The notes under the pieces: model-generated
The model's input: only the letters and a program-made list of their open reading frames with translations
Database searches by the model: none
Told to the model about the DNA's origin: nothing
Program-made: the position numbers and the translations under genes
Assembly: GCA_040754455.1 (NCBI GenBank)
Contig: JBFMCP010000004.1
Coordinates: 52,413-116,412 of the forward strand
Length of the DNA stretch: 64,000 nucleotides
Direction of reading: 5' to 3'
DNA from: Nitrospirota bacterium
GTDB lineage: Bacteria; Nitrospirota; Thermodesulfovibrionia; Thermodesulfovibrionales; Dissulfurispiraceae
Shown: positions 22,254 through 32,885 of the stretch, piece by piece
How positions within the stretch are numbered: position 1 is the first letter of the stretch
Layout: each line of letters opens with the position of its first letter

Positions 22254-24296
22254 CGTGGCTGGTATCTCGATCGTAAAGATGCTGCCCTGCGGGTTATTGT
22301 CCCGCACCAGAATCCTGCCTTCATGGTCGGCCACGATCTTGTTGGCAATCGCAAGACCGAGGCCGGTGCCGCCCTTCCTGCCGGAAAAATAGGGTAAAAA
22401 GAGCTTTTCTTTTTCTTCATCTCTGATTCCCGGCCCTGTGTCAGCGATGTCGATGATAACCTTGCTCTCTCCGCTCGCCCGGACGGAAATAGTAACCACA
22501 CCCCTGTTGTCCATTGCCTTTATGGCATTATCGATGATATTGACAAAGACCCTCTTGAATTGCTCTCCGTCCAGGGATACCGGAGGCATCGTATCCGGGG
22601 TGACGAGCTTTATCGTGACATCTTTGAACCCTTTGTAGAGATCAACGGCAGCAGAGATCAGCTCGGTGAGATTGACCGGTGTTTTGTGCACTTCAGGCAT
22701 TTTGCCGTATCGCGAGAAGACATCCACCAACGTCCTCAGGCTTTCGACCTCTGAAATAATCGTTTTCGTCGATTTCTCAAAGACCGCATCGAAATCCTCG
22801 TCCCGCTGCTGCCATTTTTTGATGAGCCGCTCGGTAGAGAGCTTAATGGGGGTAAGCGGGTTCTTGATCTCGTGGGCGAGCCGCCGTGCCACCTCCTGCC
22901 AGGTAATCACCTTTTGGGCCTTTATGATTTCGGTAAGGTCATGAAAGACGACCAGCATGCCGAGGGCCTTGGCTGTATAGGACTCCCGTATTCCCGAGAT
23001 ATAAATCCTGAGAAGGGCGATCCTGCCGTTGACATTGACCTTAACCTCTCTTTTGATCTCCCTGATCTCCTTGCCTTCCATCTCCCGGGCTAGAGCAGAG
23101 AGATCCTCCGAGGCGAGCGCAGCAATGAGATCGTTGTAGTCTTTGCCGGTCCAGTCCTCCTGCCGCACGTTAAGAATAGTGCAGGCAGCCCTGTTGATCG
23201 TAAGGATTTCTCCGTCATTGGCGAGGAAGATGACCCCGGAATTAATATTCTCAAGGATATTTTCGAGAAAGAGCCTCCTCTTGTCGGACTCCAGATAGGC
23301 TTTTTCGAGAGAATCATTACTGTCCTTCAGCTGTTTAACCATCTGGTTGAAGGAGGTGATCAGGAGACCGATTTCGTCCTCGCTGTGGGTAGTGACCTGT
23401 ACATTGAGGTCCCCGGAAGCGACCCGCTCGGTCGCCATGGCGAGACTCTGGATGGGTGTGGTAATGCCCCGGGATATCTTCAGAGAGACCCACAAGCCGG
23501 TAAAGACCAGCATCAGCGTCAGAAACCCGAGGATGAGGATGTAGTTGAAGCGGAGCGGCTCTTTAAACGATTCGATTCTCACATAATCTTCATAGAGCTC
23601 TTTGATCCGCTCTGCACGCTCGGAAATGGTCCGGGGGAGCACCAGTTCGACGATAACCACTGCTTTGCCGCTTCTTAACCGCTCCGGAACCGCAGCCCGT
23701 ATGATGTCTCCTTCGTCTTTTGAAATGACCTCGGTGCCTTCCCTCCCTCTAAAGGCATCCTTGACGACCTCTGTCGCATTCTCAGGCAATGCGGTGTACG
23801 TGTGCACCGACATGCCGGCGAGCGGGGGTGAAGCTCCTTTTGCAATATGTCGTGCAACGCTCAATGCCCGTTCTCGCTCAAAGTCATAGAACGCCCGGGC
23901 AAGTTCGACCGACCTCTTGAAAGGCTCTTTCATCTGAGGAGAAAAGAGGCGGTCAATATAATTGGTTGCGAGCCCGCTTGCGGCAATAAAGAGGAATGCC
24001 GAGGGGATGAGGGTCAGGATCACGAAGATGGCCATGAGCTTTGTCCTGAATTTATAGCCGAGGACGCGACGGCGCCGTTCCATGTAGAGCGTGAAGATGT
24101 TCTTCGCCACAAAGAACATCAGGGTGAGGAGGGCAAGGACATTAAGGGTGAGAAGACTGATGAGCACAAAGCGCGTGGTGACATCCACAGAGGGAAGCTT
24201 TATGAAGTAAAGCTCAACCGCCGTAAGGGCGACGACAAAGAGCAGTAGGCCAAGGACGACAGCCAAATGCTTCAATATCTTTATGGTCGTCACCAA
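22251..24296 (-). CDS. NtrY-like HAMP-PAS sensor histidine kinase
   Basis: N-terminal TMs, HAMP, PAS, WQEVARRLAHEIKNPLTPIKLS. Confidence 0.9.
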   Translation of the reverse strand: MVTTIKILKHLAVVLGLLLFVVALTAVELYFIKLPSVDVTTRFVLISLLTLNVLALLTLMFFVAKNIFTLYMERRRRVLGYKFRTKLMAIFVILTLIPSAFLFIAASGLATNYIDRLFSPQMKEPFKRSVELARAFYDFERERALSVARHIAKGASPPLAGMSVHTYTALPENATEVVKDAFRGREGTEVISKDEGDIIRAAVPERLRSGKAVVIVELVLPRTISERAERIKELYEDYVRIESFKEPLRFNYILILGFLTLMLVFTGLWVSLKISRGITTPIQSLAMATERVASGDLNVQVTTHSEDEIGLLITSFNQMVKQLKDSNDSLEKAYLESDKRRLFLENILENINSGVIFLANDGEILTINRAACTILNVRQEDWTGKDYNDLIAALASEDLSALAREMEGKEIREIKREVKVNVNGRIALLRIYISGIRESYTAKALGMLVVFHDLTEIIKAQKVITWQEVARRLAHEIKNPLTPIKLSTERLIKKWQQRDEDFDAVFEKSTKTIISEVESLRTLVDVFSRYGKMPEVHKTPVNLTELISAAVDLYKGFKDVTIKLVTPDTMPPVSLDGEQFKRVFVNIIDNAIKAMDNRGVVTISVRASGESKVIIDIADTGPGIRDEEKEKLFLPYFSGRKGGTGLGLAIANKIVADHEGRILVRDNNPQGSIFTIEIPAT

Positions 24297-24371
24297 GGCT
24301 GTTCCCTGCCTTTCTCAAACATAGTCTTCGCTTCTCTCCGGAAGAAGTGCCTCATTGGTTATCCTTAGCGG

Positions 24372-24998
24372 CTATGGCGTCCCTTTGGCGGTTATCATAA
24401 ACGCCGGAGAATCCCTGAAAATTTTGAATTCGTGCTCCGGCACGAAGATGAGAATAGACCTGATGATCGCCGGTAGTTTCCTGATCCGTGATTCGATCGT
24501 AACCTTCACAAAGTACAGTCCGGGTTCCAGCTCCTTGGTGCTGGTCAATTTCAATTCGGGAATGGTTCTTGCCCATTCCATCATCGAATTCAGGTCTTTA
24601 AACCGTTTTTCGAGATGGGTCTGGCCGCTGATGCTCGTGGCCACGTATTCACGTTTTATCTGATCGCTCTTCAGGATGCGTACGATCTTTTTGCCCAATA
24701 CAAATTCATCCGGCCAGACATTCCATACCCTGAAGAGGTCGATGTAGAACGTGAACTCTTTCGAGATGCCCTGGCTCAGATCGTCGGTCGTCTTAGGGTC
24801 AGGTTTTAAAACGGTAGAGACAAAGAGTTCGCTGTTGGCGAGCCTGACATTGATGTCGGTGATCTCGGCGGCAAAAAGGACAGAAGGCAGAAGCCAGAAG
24901 ACAGGTAACAGAAGGCAGACGATGAAGCCAGGAATGAAAAACTTTACCTGTGCTCTGGCTTCTGACTTCTGACTTCTGACTTCACCTTGACATATCAT
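24372..24998 (-). CDS. DUF4390-like exported protein (start uncertain)
   Basis: Signal-like segment; typical position upstream of ntrY; the first codons are a TTCTGAC repeat. Confidence 0.65.
   Translation of the reverse strand: MICQGEVRSQKSEARAQVKFFIPGFIVCLLLPVFWLLPSVLFAAEITDINVRLANSELFVSTVLKPDPKTTDDLSQGISKEFTFYIDLFRVWNVWPDEFVLGKKIVRILKSDQIKREYVATSISGQTHLEKRFKDLNSMMEWARTIPELKLTSTKELEPGLYFVKVTIESRIRKLPAIIRSILIFVPEHEFKIFRDSPAFMITAKGTP
24955..24983. repeat. Tandem heptamer repeat (TTCTGAC)n
   Basis: ctggcttctgacttctgacttctgacttc. Confidence 0.8.
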
Positions 24999-25068
24999 GG
25001 AAAATTTATTTTCATTATAACATAGACGCTTTCAATGGAAGATATATCTCACGAAGGGGGATTGCCTT

Positions 25069-25551
25069 ATGGAGTTGAAGACAGTAGCGATTACTATTCC
25101 CGAGGGCTGCAATATCATTCTCGGCCAGACGCACTTTATCAAGACCGCCGAAGATCTCTATGAAATCATCGCAACCACGGTTCCCCAGGCAGAGTTCGGC
25201 ATTGCCTTTACCGAGGCATCGGGCCCTTGTCTGATAAGGACCGAAGGGAACAGCGAAGAGCTTATCAACGTATGCGTCAGGAACCTTCAGGCGATAGGAG
25301 CGGGCCATGTCTTTTGTGTCCTCATGAAGAATGCCTTTCCTATCAATGTCCTCAATCAAATAAAGTGGTGTCCCGAGGTCTGCAGGGTGTACTGTGCAAC
25401 AGCGAACCCCCTGCAGGTCGTTGTTGTGTCCGTAGAGCAGGGAAATGGTATCATAGGGGTCATTGACGGTTTTCCTCCGAAGGGTGTCGAAGGCAGTGAG
25501 GACAAAGCCCGGAGAAAGGAGTTTTTGAGGAAGATCGGTTATAAGCTTTAA
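25069..25551 (+). CDS. Adenosine-specific kinase family protein (DUF355)
   Basis: [37 protein letters not shown]. Confidence 0.88.
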   Translation: MELKTVAITIPEGCNIILGQTHFIKTAEDLYEIIATTVPQAEFGIAFTEASGPCLIRTEGNSEELINVCVRNLQAIGAGHVFCVLMKNAFPINVLNQIKWCPEVCRVYCATANPLQVVVVSVEQGNGIIGVIDGFPPKGVEGSEDKARRKEFLRKIGYKL

Positions 25552-25576
25552 AGAAGGCGAGGAGGAAGGAAGAGAA

Positions 25577-25894
25577 GTGATACCGGAATTGAAGTATGAC
25601 GCAAACGGACTTATTCCCGCCATTGTCCAGGATGCCGATAACGGCGATGTGCTGATGATGGCGTATATGAATGAAACCTCGTTGAACATGACCATTGAAA
25701 CGGGCTATACCCATTTCTGGTCGCGGTCACGGCAGAAGTATTGGAAAAAAGGTGAGACCTCAGGGAATGTGCAGGAGGTTAAAGAGATACTGTACGACTG
25801 CGACGCCGACACCCTGCTCATCAGGGTGAAGCAGCACGGCCCCGGTGCATGCCATACCGGCGAGCGGACCTGCTTTTACAGGAAAATAAAGTAG
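25577..25894 (+). CDS. hisI: Phosphoribosyl-AMP cyclohydrolase
   Basis: [29 protein letters not shown]. Confidence 0.95.
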   Translation: MIPELKYDANGLIPAIVQDADNGDVLMMAYMNETSLNMTIETGYTHFWSRSRQKYWKKGETSGNVQEVKEILYDCDADTLLIRVKQHGPGACHTGERTCFYRKIK

Positions 25895-25977
25895 AAGTAA
25901 AGAAGCTAAAGGAGAAAATAAAATTTAATTTTTCCCCCATTTACTCCTTACTTCTTGCTTTTGTTTTTGGAGGGTAT

Positions 25978-26322
25978 GTGAGCGAGTGCATTTTCTGTAA
26001 GATTATTAACAAGAAAATACCGGCAAAGATCATTTATGAGGACGACCTTGCTCTTGCTTTCGAAGATATTAATCCGCAGGCCCCGGTCCATACCCTCGTT
26101 ATTCCCAAAAAACATATTTCTACTGTCCTCGATGTCGTTGACGAAGACCATCGACTCATCGGTCATTTGTTTAAGGTCGCCAATAAGGTGGCACGGGACA
26201 AGGGCATTGCTGAAAGGGGATTCAGGGTGGTAACCAATTGCAATCACGAGAGCGGACAGACCGTGTACCATATTCACTTTCATCTGCTCGGCGGACGCAG
26301 GATGCACTGGCCGCCGGGATAA
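25978..26322 (+). CDS. HIT family nucleotide-binding protein
   Basis: [16 protein letters not shown]...WPPG; GTG start after GGAGG. Confidence 0.92.
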   Translation: MSECIFCKIINKKIPAKIIYEDDLALAFEDINPQAPVHTLVIPKKHISTVLDVVDEDHRLIGHLFKVANKVARDKGIAERGFRVVTNCNHESGQTVYHIHFHLLGGRRMHWPPG

Positions 26323-26332
26323 AAACAGACAA

Positions 26333-26914
26333 GTGGAAATTCTTGATAAAAAGACCGTCTGGCAAGGGACATTCCTCAGGACGCTTATCATTACCTACAA
26401 GGACCATTCAGGAGCAGTGCGCACCTGGGAGGCGGTGGAACGGATCAACTGCAACGGCATCGCGGTTATTGCTCCTCTGACACCGGCGGGTGAACTTCTG
26501 CTCACGCGGCAGTTCAGGGTGGTGGTCAACAAATATGTTATCGAATTCCCTGCCGGGCTCAACGATAAGGGCGAAAACATTGCTGAAGCGGCGCAGCGTG
26601 AACTGGTTGAAGAAACCGGATACACAGCTGAATCGTTGATAGCTCTCGGTGAAGGCCCTATTTCGTCGGGAATGTCTACTGAAGTCCTGACAGCGTTCTG
26701 GGCGAGGAATGCGGTTCCTGCCTCGCCTGCAATGAGAGCGCTTTATCCCCCCGATCCGTCTGAGGATATCGAAATCATCAAGGCGCCTCTGGAGAGGGTG
26801 TACGAAATACTCGAAGGCTTTCAGAAAAAGGGGGATATTGTAGACCTTAAAGTGTACGGCATTATCGAACTCCTCAGAAGAGAAGTAGCCAGAAGACGGA
26901 AGTCAAAAGTGTAG
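26333..26914 (+). CDS. NUDIX hydrolase (ADP-ribose pyrophosphatase-like)
   Basis: EFPAG...GE...AAQRELVEETGY Nudix box. Confidence 0.9.
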   Translation: MEILDKKTVWQGTFLRTLIITYKDHSGAVRTWEAVERINCNGIAVIAPLTPAGELLLTRQFRVVVNKYVIEFPAGLNDKGENIAEAAQRELVEETGYTAESLIALGEGPISSGMSTEVLTAFWARNAVPASPAMRALYPPDPSEDIEIIKAPLERVYEILEGFQKKGDIVDLKVYGIIELLRREVARRRKSKV

Positions 26915-27060
26915 AGTTCAGGAGCCGGGTGCAGGAGCCGGAAGAAAGGCATTGTTGTCAGGGATAAAAGCTCCTTATTCTTTATTCTGAATTCCCGAAG
27001 CGGGTCTGCGCGAAGGAGCGCTTCGGCTGACTCCCGGCTCCTGATTTCTGGATTCTGCTG

Positions 27061-27243
27061 TCACTCCATTTTTATTGCCTCTACGGGGCAGATGTTTGCC
27101 GCTTCTTCACAATCACAGGTGCTGCATTTATCAGGTCCGATTACCCAGGCCTTGTCATCCCTGAGCTCAAAGACTTCGGGACAGACTTCGATGCATGAGC
27201 CGCACCCAATGCACAGATCGTGATCAACCGTTGGCGTTGCCAT
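27061..27243 (-). CDS. Small 4Fe-4S ferredoxin
   Basis: CIGCGSC..CP and CPVEAI; GAGG RBS. Confidence 0.9.
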   Translation of the reverse strand: MATPTVDHDLCIGCGSCIEVCPEVFELRDDKAWVIGPDKCSTCDCEEAANICPVEAIKME

Positions 27244-27459
27244 ATAAGCCTCCTCTATTGGAATTTTGCAAGTTCATTATTTTTAAATTATATCAGATAA
27301 TTTAGGACCTTCCAGTAAAAAATAGGGGATCGAAAATATTATTGATTTTACTCCCCCTCTTCGGGGTAAGCTATATTGTATAGTATATAGTATTGTAATA
27401 TATGCTGTTCCGGTACTGTTCTCTAAGGGCGGATATCGAATGCGGAGGATAAAGGGCGT

Positions 27460-28716
27460 ATGGATGTAAGACAATTAGTGCTCCAAAAAGCAAGGGAAGC
27501 GAAAGAGGGTGCCAGAAGTCTGGCCAGGGCATCTTCCAGCCAGAAGGACCGTGTGCTCATCAGGATGGCTGAAGCGCTCCAGGAGAGAGTAGCGGAGCTT
27601 GTTGGGGAAAATAAAAAAGACATTGAGTATGCGCAAAAAAAGGGTCTTTCAGCGGCAATGATCGACCGCTTGACCCTGAACGAAAAGCGTGTCCATGAAA
27701 TGGCGGCAGGGCTCCGCGAAGTGGCTCAACTTTCTGATCCTGCTGGAGAAATTATAAAAATGTGGCAGCGTCCGAACGGTATGGTCGTCGGCAAGATGAG
27801 GGTACCCATCGGCGTCATCGGAATTATCTACGAAGCCCGCCCCAATGTGACTGCTGATGCGACCAGTCTTTGCCTCAAGGCAGGCAATGCAGTGATCCTG
27901 CGGGGGGGTTCGGAGGCCATCCACTCTAACAAGGCCATTGTGACCATTTTAAGAGAGGTGGCCAGGAGCGAGGGAATCCACGAGGGGGCGATTACCTTTA
28001 TTGATACCCCCGACAGAGAGGCGGTTATGGAGATGCTCAAGCTTGAGGGCATCATCGATCTCATTATCCCGCGCGGAGGAGAGGGCCTGATACGGACCGT
28101 AACCGAAAATTCGCGTATCCCTGTGCTTAAGCACTATAAGGGGGTATGCCATATCTTTGTCGACAGGGACGCCGATATGTCCATGGCAGAGGATATCTGC
28201 TTCAATGCGAAGGTGCAGCGGCCCGGCACCTGCAATGCAATGGAAACCATGCTGGTCGATGAGGCGATTGCAGGAAGATTTCTTCCCCCGATGATCAGGC
28301 GGCTCGAATCAGCAGGTGTTGAGCTGAGGGGATGCTCCAAGACCGTAGCACTCCATCCTGGCATGAAAGCGGTGAAGGAAGAGGATTACTACAGCGAGTA
28401 CCTCGACTTGGTCCTGAATATAAAAATTGTTGCCGATATGGATGAGGCAATGGAGCACATTGCCCGGTACGGCTCGGCGCATTCCGATGCAATCGTGACA
28501 AAGGACTACGGCAGGGCAATGAGGTTTTTGCGGGAGGTTGATTCTTCTGCTGTTCTGGTCAATGCGTCAACCCGCCTGAACGACGGGTACCAGTTCGGGC
28601 TGGGGGCGGAGATAGGAATATCCACCGATAAGATACATGCACGGGGGCCGATGGGACTGGAAGAGCTGACCTGCACCAAATTCATAGTCCTCGGAAGCGG
28701 ACAAGTACGAAAATAA
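27460..28716 (+). CDS. proA: Gamma-glutamyl phosphate reductase
   Basis: IYEARPNVT, PGTCNAMET, FGLGAEIGIST..HARGPMG. Confidence 0.97.
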   Translation: MDVRQLVLQKAREAKEGARSLARASSSQKDRVLIRMAEALQERVAELVGENKKDIEYAQKKGLSAAMIDRLTLNEKRVHEMAAGLREVAQLSDPAGEIIKMWQRPNGMVVGKMRVPIGVIGIIYEARPNVTADATSLCLKAGNAVILRGGSEAIHSNKAIVTILREVARSEGIHEGAITFIDTPDREAVMEMLKLEGIIDLIIPRGGEGLIRTVTENSRIPVLKHYKGVCHIFVDRDADMSMAEDICFNAKVQRPGTCNAMETMLVDEAIAGRFLPPMIRRLESAGVELRGCSKTVALHPGMKAVKEEDYYSEYLDLVLNIKIVADMDEAMEHIARYGSAHSDAIVTKDYGRAMRFLREVDSSAVLVNASTRLNDGYQFGLGAEIGISTDKIHARGPMGLEELTCTKFIVLGSGQVRK

Positions 28717-28728
28717 GGAGGGGAAAAG

Positions 28729-29010
28729 ATGTCTGAAAAGTTGAGTCATGAAGAGTTTGTCAAAAAGGCCATTGTGAGTCTCAGGAAAGAGGGGTACAAG
28801 GGGATTCATACGGTGTATTCGGGATTTAACGAGGCTTTCAAGAAGTACTTCGAGGGAGAAGACCCCATTAAAGTCACCAATCAGCTCGCGTCACAGGGCA
28901 AGATCGTCATACGGCCGGTCAAAGGCGGCGTTATGCTGTATCTCCCCGAAGATGCACCGGCAGGAAAAGGGCAGGCCGACGAAGCGCTCAAGAAAATGGG
29001 GCTCGACTAG
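28729..29010 (+). CDS. Hypothetical protein
   Basis: Clean ORF with AGGAGG RBS between proA and nadD. Confidence 0.7.
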   Translation: MSEKLSHEEFVKKAIVSLRKEGYKGIHTVYSGFNEAFKKYFEGEDPIKVTNQLASQGKIVIRPVKGGVMLYLPEDAPAGKGQADEALKKMGLD

Positions 29011-29047
29011 ACGCCCCCGCTGAGGGTAGTGTTGTGCGGGGTGCTCG

Positions 29048-29737
29048 GTGAAACTGGGGATTTTCGGCGGTACCTTTAATCCGGTCCATTTCGGACATCT
29101 GCGTACTGCCGAAGAGGTGAGAGAGGCTGCGCGTCTCGATAGTGTAATCTTTATTCCTTCCGGCAACCCGCCGCTTAAAGCGGTGGACCTTATCGAGGCA
29201 TCGCACCGATACGAGATGGTGAAACGTGCGACAGAGCACAACCGGCACTTCAAGGTCTCCGATATGGAGTTGCAGCGGACGGAAAAGTCGTATACCGTTA
29301 CGACGCTGCAGGAACTTGCGACGAGGTTCCCGGGGGACGGGCTTTTTTTTATCCTCGGCATCGATGCATTTCTCGATATTCCCCACTGGCGACAGCCTGA
29401 TCAGCTCATGCATATGGCTGATTTCATTATCGTTACAAGACCTGGCTTCGATGTGGCAGACCTGAAAACGTCACCTTATATAAAAGACTACGGCGAGCTG
29501 TCTGTGCTACGCAGTACACCGGCGAGACAGGGAGAGGAGCCCGAAAGCATGCTGCCCTGTGCCCGGTGCCTGCCACTTGCATTGAAGAGCGGCAGGAAGG
29601 CGTTGCTTGCTACGGTAACTCCCCTGGCGATATCATCGACAGAAATACGGCGATTGGTGAAAGCCGGTAGGAGCATCAGCTATCTCCTGCCGGAGGCAGT
29701 CGAGGAGTATATACACAAACACCACCTGTACCGCTAG
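29048..29737 (+). CDS. nadD: Nicotinate-nucleotide adenylyltransferase
   Basis: GGTFNPVHFGH, SYTVTT, ISSTEIR. Confidence 0.95.
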   Translation: MKLGIFGGTFNPVHFGHLRTAEEVREAARLDSVIFIPSGNPPLKAVDLIEASHRYEMVKRATEHNRHFKVSDMELQRTEKSYTVTTLQELATRFPGDGLFFILGIDAFLDIPHWRQPDQLMHMADFIIVTRPGFDVADLKTSPYIKDYGELSVLRSTPARQGEEPESMLPCARCLPLALKSGRKALLATVTPLAISSTEIRRLVKAGRSISYLLPEAVEEYIHKHHLYR

Positions 29738-29848
29738 GCGTATCACGGCAGTCCTGTCCCTGAAGAGAGCTCAGCAGTCTTTCCTTGCCGTAGTGCAAAG
29801 GGGTGTACATTGCATTTTTCAACTGATTTTTTGTATGGTGTGTAGCTT

Positions 29849-31003
29849 ATGACGGTTTTCGAGGCAGTGGTCAATAATCTTGATGAGGCGGTCTTCCTCT
29901 TCGACAGAAAGGGCACGCTTACGTTCGTCAATAAGGCGGGTGAGGAGTTTGTCGGCAGGAGCCTCAGGGAGATCGCCCATAGGCAGGCGAAGGAACTCTT
30001 TGCCGGAGCAAAGGATATTGTCCTCTCTCTGCAGAAGACCATCAAAGAGGGACGCGTGTTTAACTCCAGAGATATGGAGATCGATATGGGCAGGCCTGCC
30101 ACGATAAATCTGAATATCTCCCCCTTCTATCTCGACGGCAACCTCGAGGGGGCACTGCTCTGTATCCGGGAGAATCTCTCACTGACCAACAGGGAGGACT
30201 ACCACTTCGATACCCTGCTTTATCTCATCGGCTCCATTGCTCATGAGATAAAGAATCCTCTCAGTGGCATCAAGGGGGCTGCGCAGATCCTGCGCGGGAA
30301 TGCCCACAGCCCCGAGTCGATGGAGTGCGTGAACCTTATTCTGAAAGAGGCGGACCGTCTGAACCAGGTGCTCCAGAGCTATCTCACGATGACGCGGATG
30401 CCTGTGTTCAACCGTCTGAACATTCATGAGGTCATCGAGCATGCGCTCAAGGTGATGGGGACAACGATTCAGGAGAAGGGCATTTCCGTTGAAAAGTCCT
30501 ATGATCCGAGTCTCCCCTATCTCCGCGGCGATGAAAGCAAGCTGCTGCAGGTATTTATCAACATCCTGAAGAACGCCGTGGAGGCAATCGCGGCAAAGGG
30601 AGGCCGTGCTCTCAAAGGGCAGAAAGGAAAGGCAATCTCGTCGAGCAGGGCGCGCGGAGAGCAGCATCCTCCGGCAGTATTGAGCGTTTCGACGAGGCCG
30701 TCTAACGAGTATATGGTGATTTATGAGGGGGTGGGCAGTAGAGAGGCGCAGTCAAAGTCGATCAAGCAGCGGTGGGTGGTCATCGCTATCGAGGATTCCG
30801 GCATCGGGGTGCCGAGGGAGGATATTGACAAGATCTTCCTGCCGTTTTATACAAAGAAAGAGGGGGGAAGCGGACTCGGATTAGCGCTTTCCAAAAAGAT
30901 CATAAAGGACCACGGCGGCATTATCAAGGTCAACAGCAAGATAGGACAGGGGACAACGGTGAGCGTCTATCTCCCCATTCAGGTCGCGCCTGAGGGAGAA
31001 TAA
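29849..31003 (+). CDS. NtrB-like PAS sensor histidine kinase
   Basis: PAS, AHEIKNPLSGIKGAAQIL, YDPSLP. Confidence 0.88.
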   Translation: MTVFEAVVNNLDEAVFLFDRKGTLTFVNKAGEEFVGRSLREIAHRQAKELFAGAKDIVLSLQKTIKEGRVFNSRDMEIDMGRPATINLNISPFYLDGNLEGALLCIRENLSLTNREDYHFDTLLYLIGSIAHEIKNPLSGIKGAAQILRGNAHSPESMECVNLILKEADRLNQVLQSYLTMTRMPVFNRLNIHEVIEHALKVMGTTIQEKGISVEKSYDPSLPYLRGDESKLLQVFINILKNAVEAIAAKGGRALKGQKGKAISSSRARGEQHPPAVLSVSTRPSNEYMVIYEGVGSREAQSKSIKQRWVVIAIEDSGIGVPREDIDKIFLPFYTKKEGGSGLGLALSKKIIKDHGGIIKVNSKIGQGTTVSVYLPIQVAPEGE

Positions 31004-31009
31004 AAGATC

Positions 31010-32398
31010 ATGGCTAAAAAATTATTGGTGATCGACGATGATGAGAGCGTCATATGGGTCATTAAAAAGGCCTTGGAGCCTCTCGGGTACGAGGTAGAGG
31101 CGCGGACCGCCATCAAGGCGGGCATCAGGATTGCCGATACGTACAAACTGATCCTCCTCGATCTCGTGCTCCCTGACGGCAACGGCATCGACGCACTTAA
31201 AGAGATCAAAGTCTTCAATCCCGACGCGCTCGTCATTATCATCACCGCTCACGGCAGGATGGAGAGCGCGATCGACGCGATGCGGGAAGGTGCCTATGAT
31301 TATCTCGAAAAGCCCTTTGATATCGAAGAATTAAAAATTGTTGTGGACAAGGCCTTTCGAGACATTGCCATGCGTGAGGAGCTCATCAAACTGCGGCAGG
31401 CCACCGAGGAGTCGATGCCGTTCCAGATCATCGGCAAGTCTCGCAGCATCCTGAAAATCTTCAAGGAGATCGGGAGGGTCGCTCCCAAAGATGTGACGGT
31501 GCTCGTTTCAGGAGAGAGCGGCACCGGCAAGGAGCTCGTGGCCCGGGCAATTCACGCACACAGCAGGAGAAAATTCGGTCCTTTTGTCGCCATCAATGCG
31601 GCATCCATACCGCGGGAGCTCCTCGAGGCGGAGCTCTTCGGCTGGGAAAAGGGGGCCTTCACCGGTGCAGCAGAGAAGACGGCCGGAAAGATCCAGGCAG
31701 CTGACGGCGGGACCCTCTTCCTCGATGAAATTGCGGAGCTCGACATCGACCTCCAGGCGAAGCTGCTGCGCTTTCTGCAGGAGCGTGAATACAGTCCGCT
31801 GGGGAGCAGCAAGATCGTCAAGGCAGATGTGCGCATCATCGGGGCTACCAACAAAGATCTCAAGGAGGCGGTGAAGAGCGGCCTCTTCCGCGAGGATCTC
31901 TACTACCGCTTTAATGTGATAGAGATAAAGCTGCCCCCGCTCCGGGAGCGCAAGGAGGATATCCTCCCGCTCGGCCGGCATTTTCTCAAGGAATCCGTCA
32001 GGACCTTTGAGCTGCCGCCGAAGAGCTTCTCAAAGGACGCCGAGAAGGCGCTGACGGGATACGACTGGCCCGGCAATGTCAGGGAGCTCGAGAATACCGT
32101 CAAGCGGGCATCGATCCTCTCGAAGGGAAGTCTCATCGAGAGAAAGGATCTCTTTTCCGGTGATTACCACTCCCTCTCTATCAAGGAGTTTCTGGAGAGC
32201 AAGCTCAACGGGTTCATCGACAAGATGACGACGGTCAGAAACTCGAACCTCCACGAGACGGTCATTTCCGAGGTCGAAAAGGCACTCTTCAGCATTGTTA
32301 TGAAGGAGACCGGCGGGAACCAGGTCAAGGCGGCCAAGGTGCTCGGCATCAACAGAAACACGCTCAATAAGAAGCTGAAAGAGTACCGGCTGATTTGA
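31010..32398 (+). CDS. NtrC-like sigma54 response regulator
   Basis: DDDESVIWV, GAFTGA, GNQVKAAKVLGINRNTL. Confidence 0.9.
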   Translation: MAKKLLVIDDDESVIWVIKKALEPLGYEVEARTAIKAGIRIADTYKLILLDLVLPDGNGIDALKEIKVFNPDALVIIITAHGRMESAIDAMREGAYDYLEKPFDIEELKIVVDKAFRDIAMREELIKLRQATEESMPFQIIGKSRSILKIFKEIGRVAPKDVTVLVSGESGTGKELVARAIHAHSRRKFGPFVAINAASIPRELLEAELFGWEKGAFTGAAEKTAGKIQAADGGTLFLDEIAELDIDLQAKLLRFLQEREYSPLGSSKIVKADVRIIGATNKDLKEAVKSGLFREDLYYRFNVIEIKLPPLRERKEDILPLGRHFLKESVRTFELPPKSFSKDAEKALTGYDWPGNVRELENTVKRASILSKGSLIERKDLFSGDYHSLSIKEFLESKLNGFIDKMTTVRNSNLHETVISEVEKALFSIVMKETGGNQVKAAKVLGINRNTLNKKLKEYRLI

Positions 32399-32470
32399 TT
32401 CTGCTGCTGCTAATGTGTTATATTGATTAACTTTTCAGGATTTCCACCTTTGCGCATGAAGAGAGGTGTA

Positions 32471-32516
32471 ACTCCATGCTCTTTCTTGAGAAAGGGCTTT
32501 ATATCCACATGGAGGT
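32471..32516 (+). promoter_or_regulatory. Putative S6:S18 ribosomal protein leader RNA
   Basis: CTCCATG pairs with CATGGAG (the SD) and encloses the GCTCTTTC/GAAAGGGC hairpin, just upstream of rpsF. Confidence 0.6.
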
Positions 32517-32522
32517 TAGGTT

Positions 32523-32885
32523 ATGAATTATTACGAGAACATGGTCATCTTGAGCCCCGCCCTCAACGACGAGGAAATCAAAGCCGCAGCCGACAAGATA
32601 TCAGACCTCATTGTCAGTGCAGGGGGAGAAGTGCTCAGGGCCGAAAACTGGGGAAAGAGAAAGCTTGCCTACGAGCTCAACAAGCAGAAGATGGGAGTGT
32701 ATTACCAGTTCATTTTCAGGGCCCCCTCTGCCACTATCGGCAAGATCGAGAGTTACTTCAAGGTCTTTGATCCGGTGATCAAGTTCATGGTCATTAAGCT
32801 GGACAAAAAACAGATCGCGGCGCTTCCGAAAGATATCGCTCCCCAGGAAGCAGCAGCTTCCGGCGAGGCGAAAGCAGGGGCCTGA
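32523..32885 (+). CDS. rpsF: 30S ribosomal protein S6
   Basis: YE.M.IL, WGKRKLAYE. Confidence 0.96.
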   Translation: MNYYENMVILSPALNDEEIKAAADKISDLIVSAGGEVLRAENWGKRKLAYELNKQKMGVYYQFIFRAPSATIGKIESYFKVFDPVIKFMVIKLDKKQIAALPKDIAPQEAAASGEAKAGA

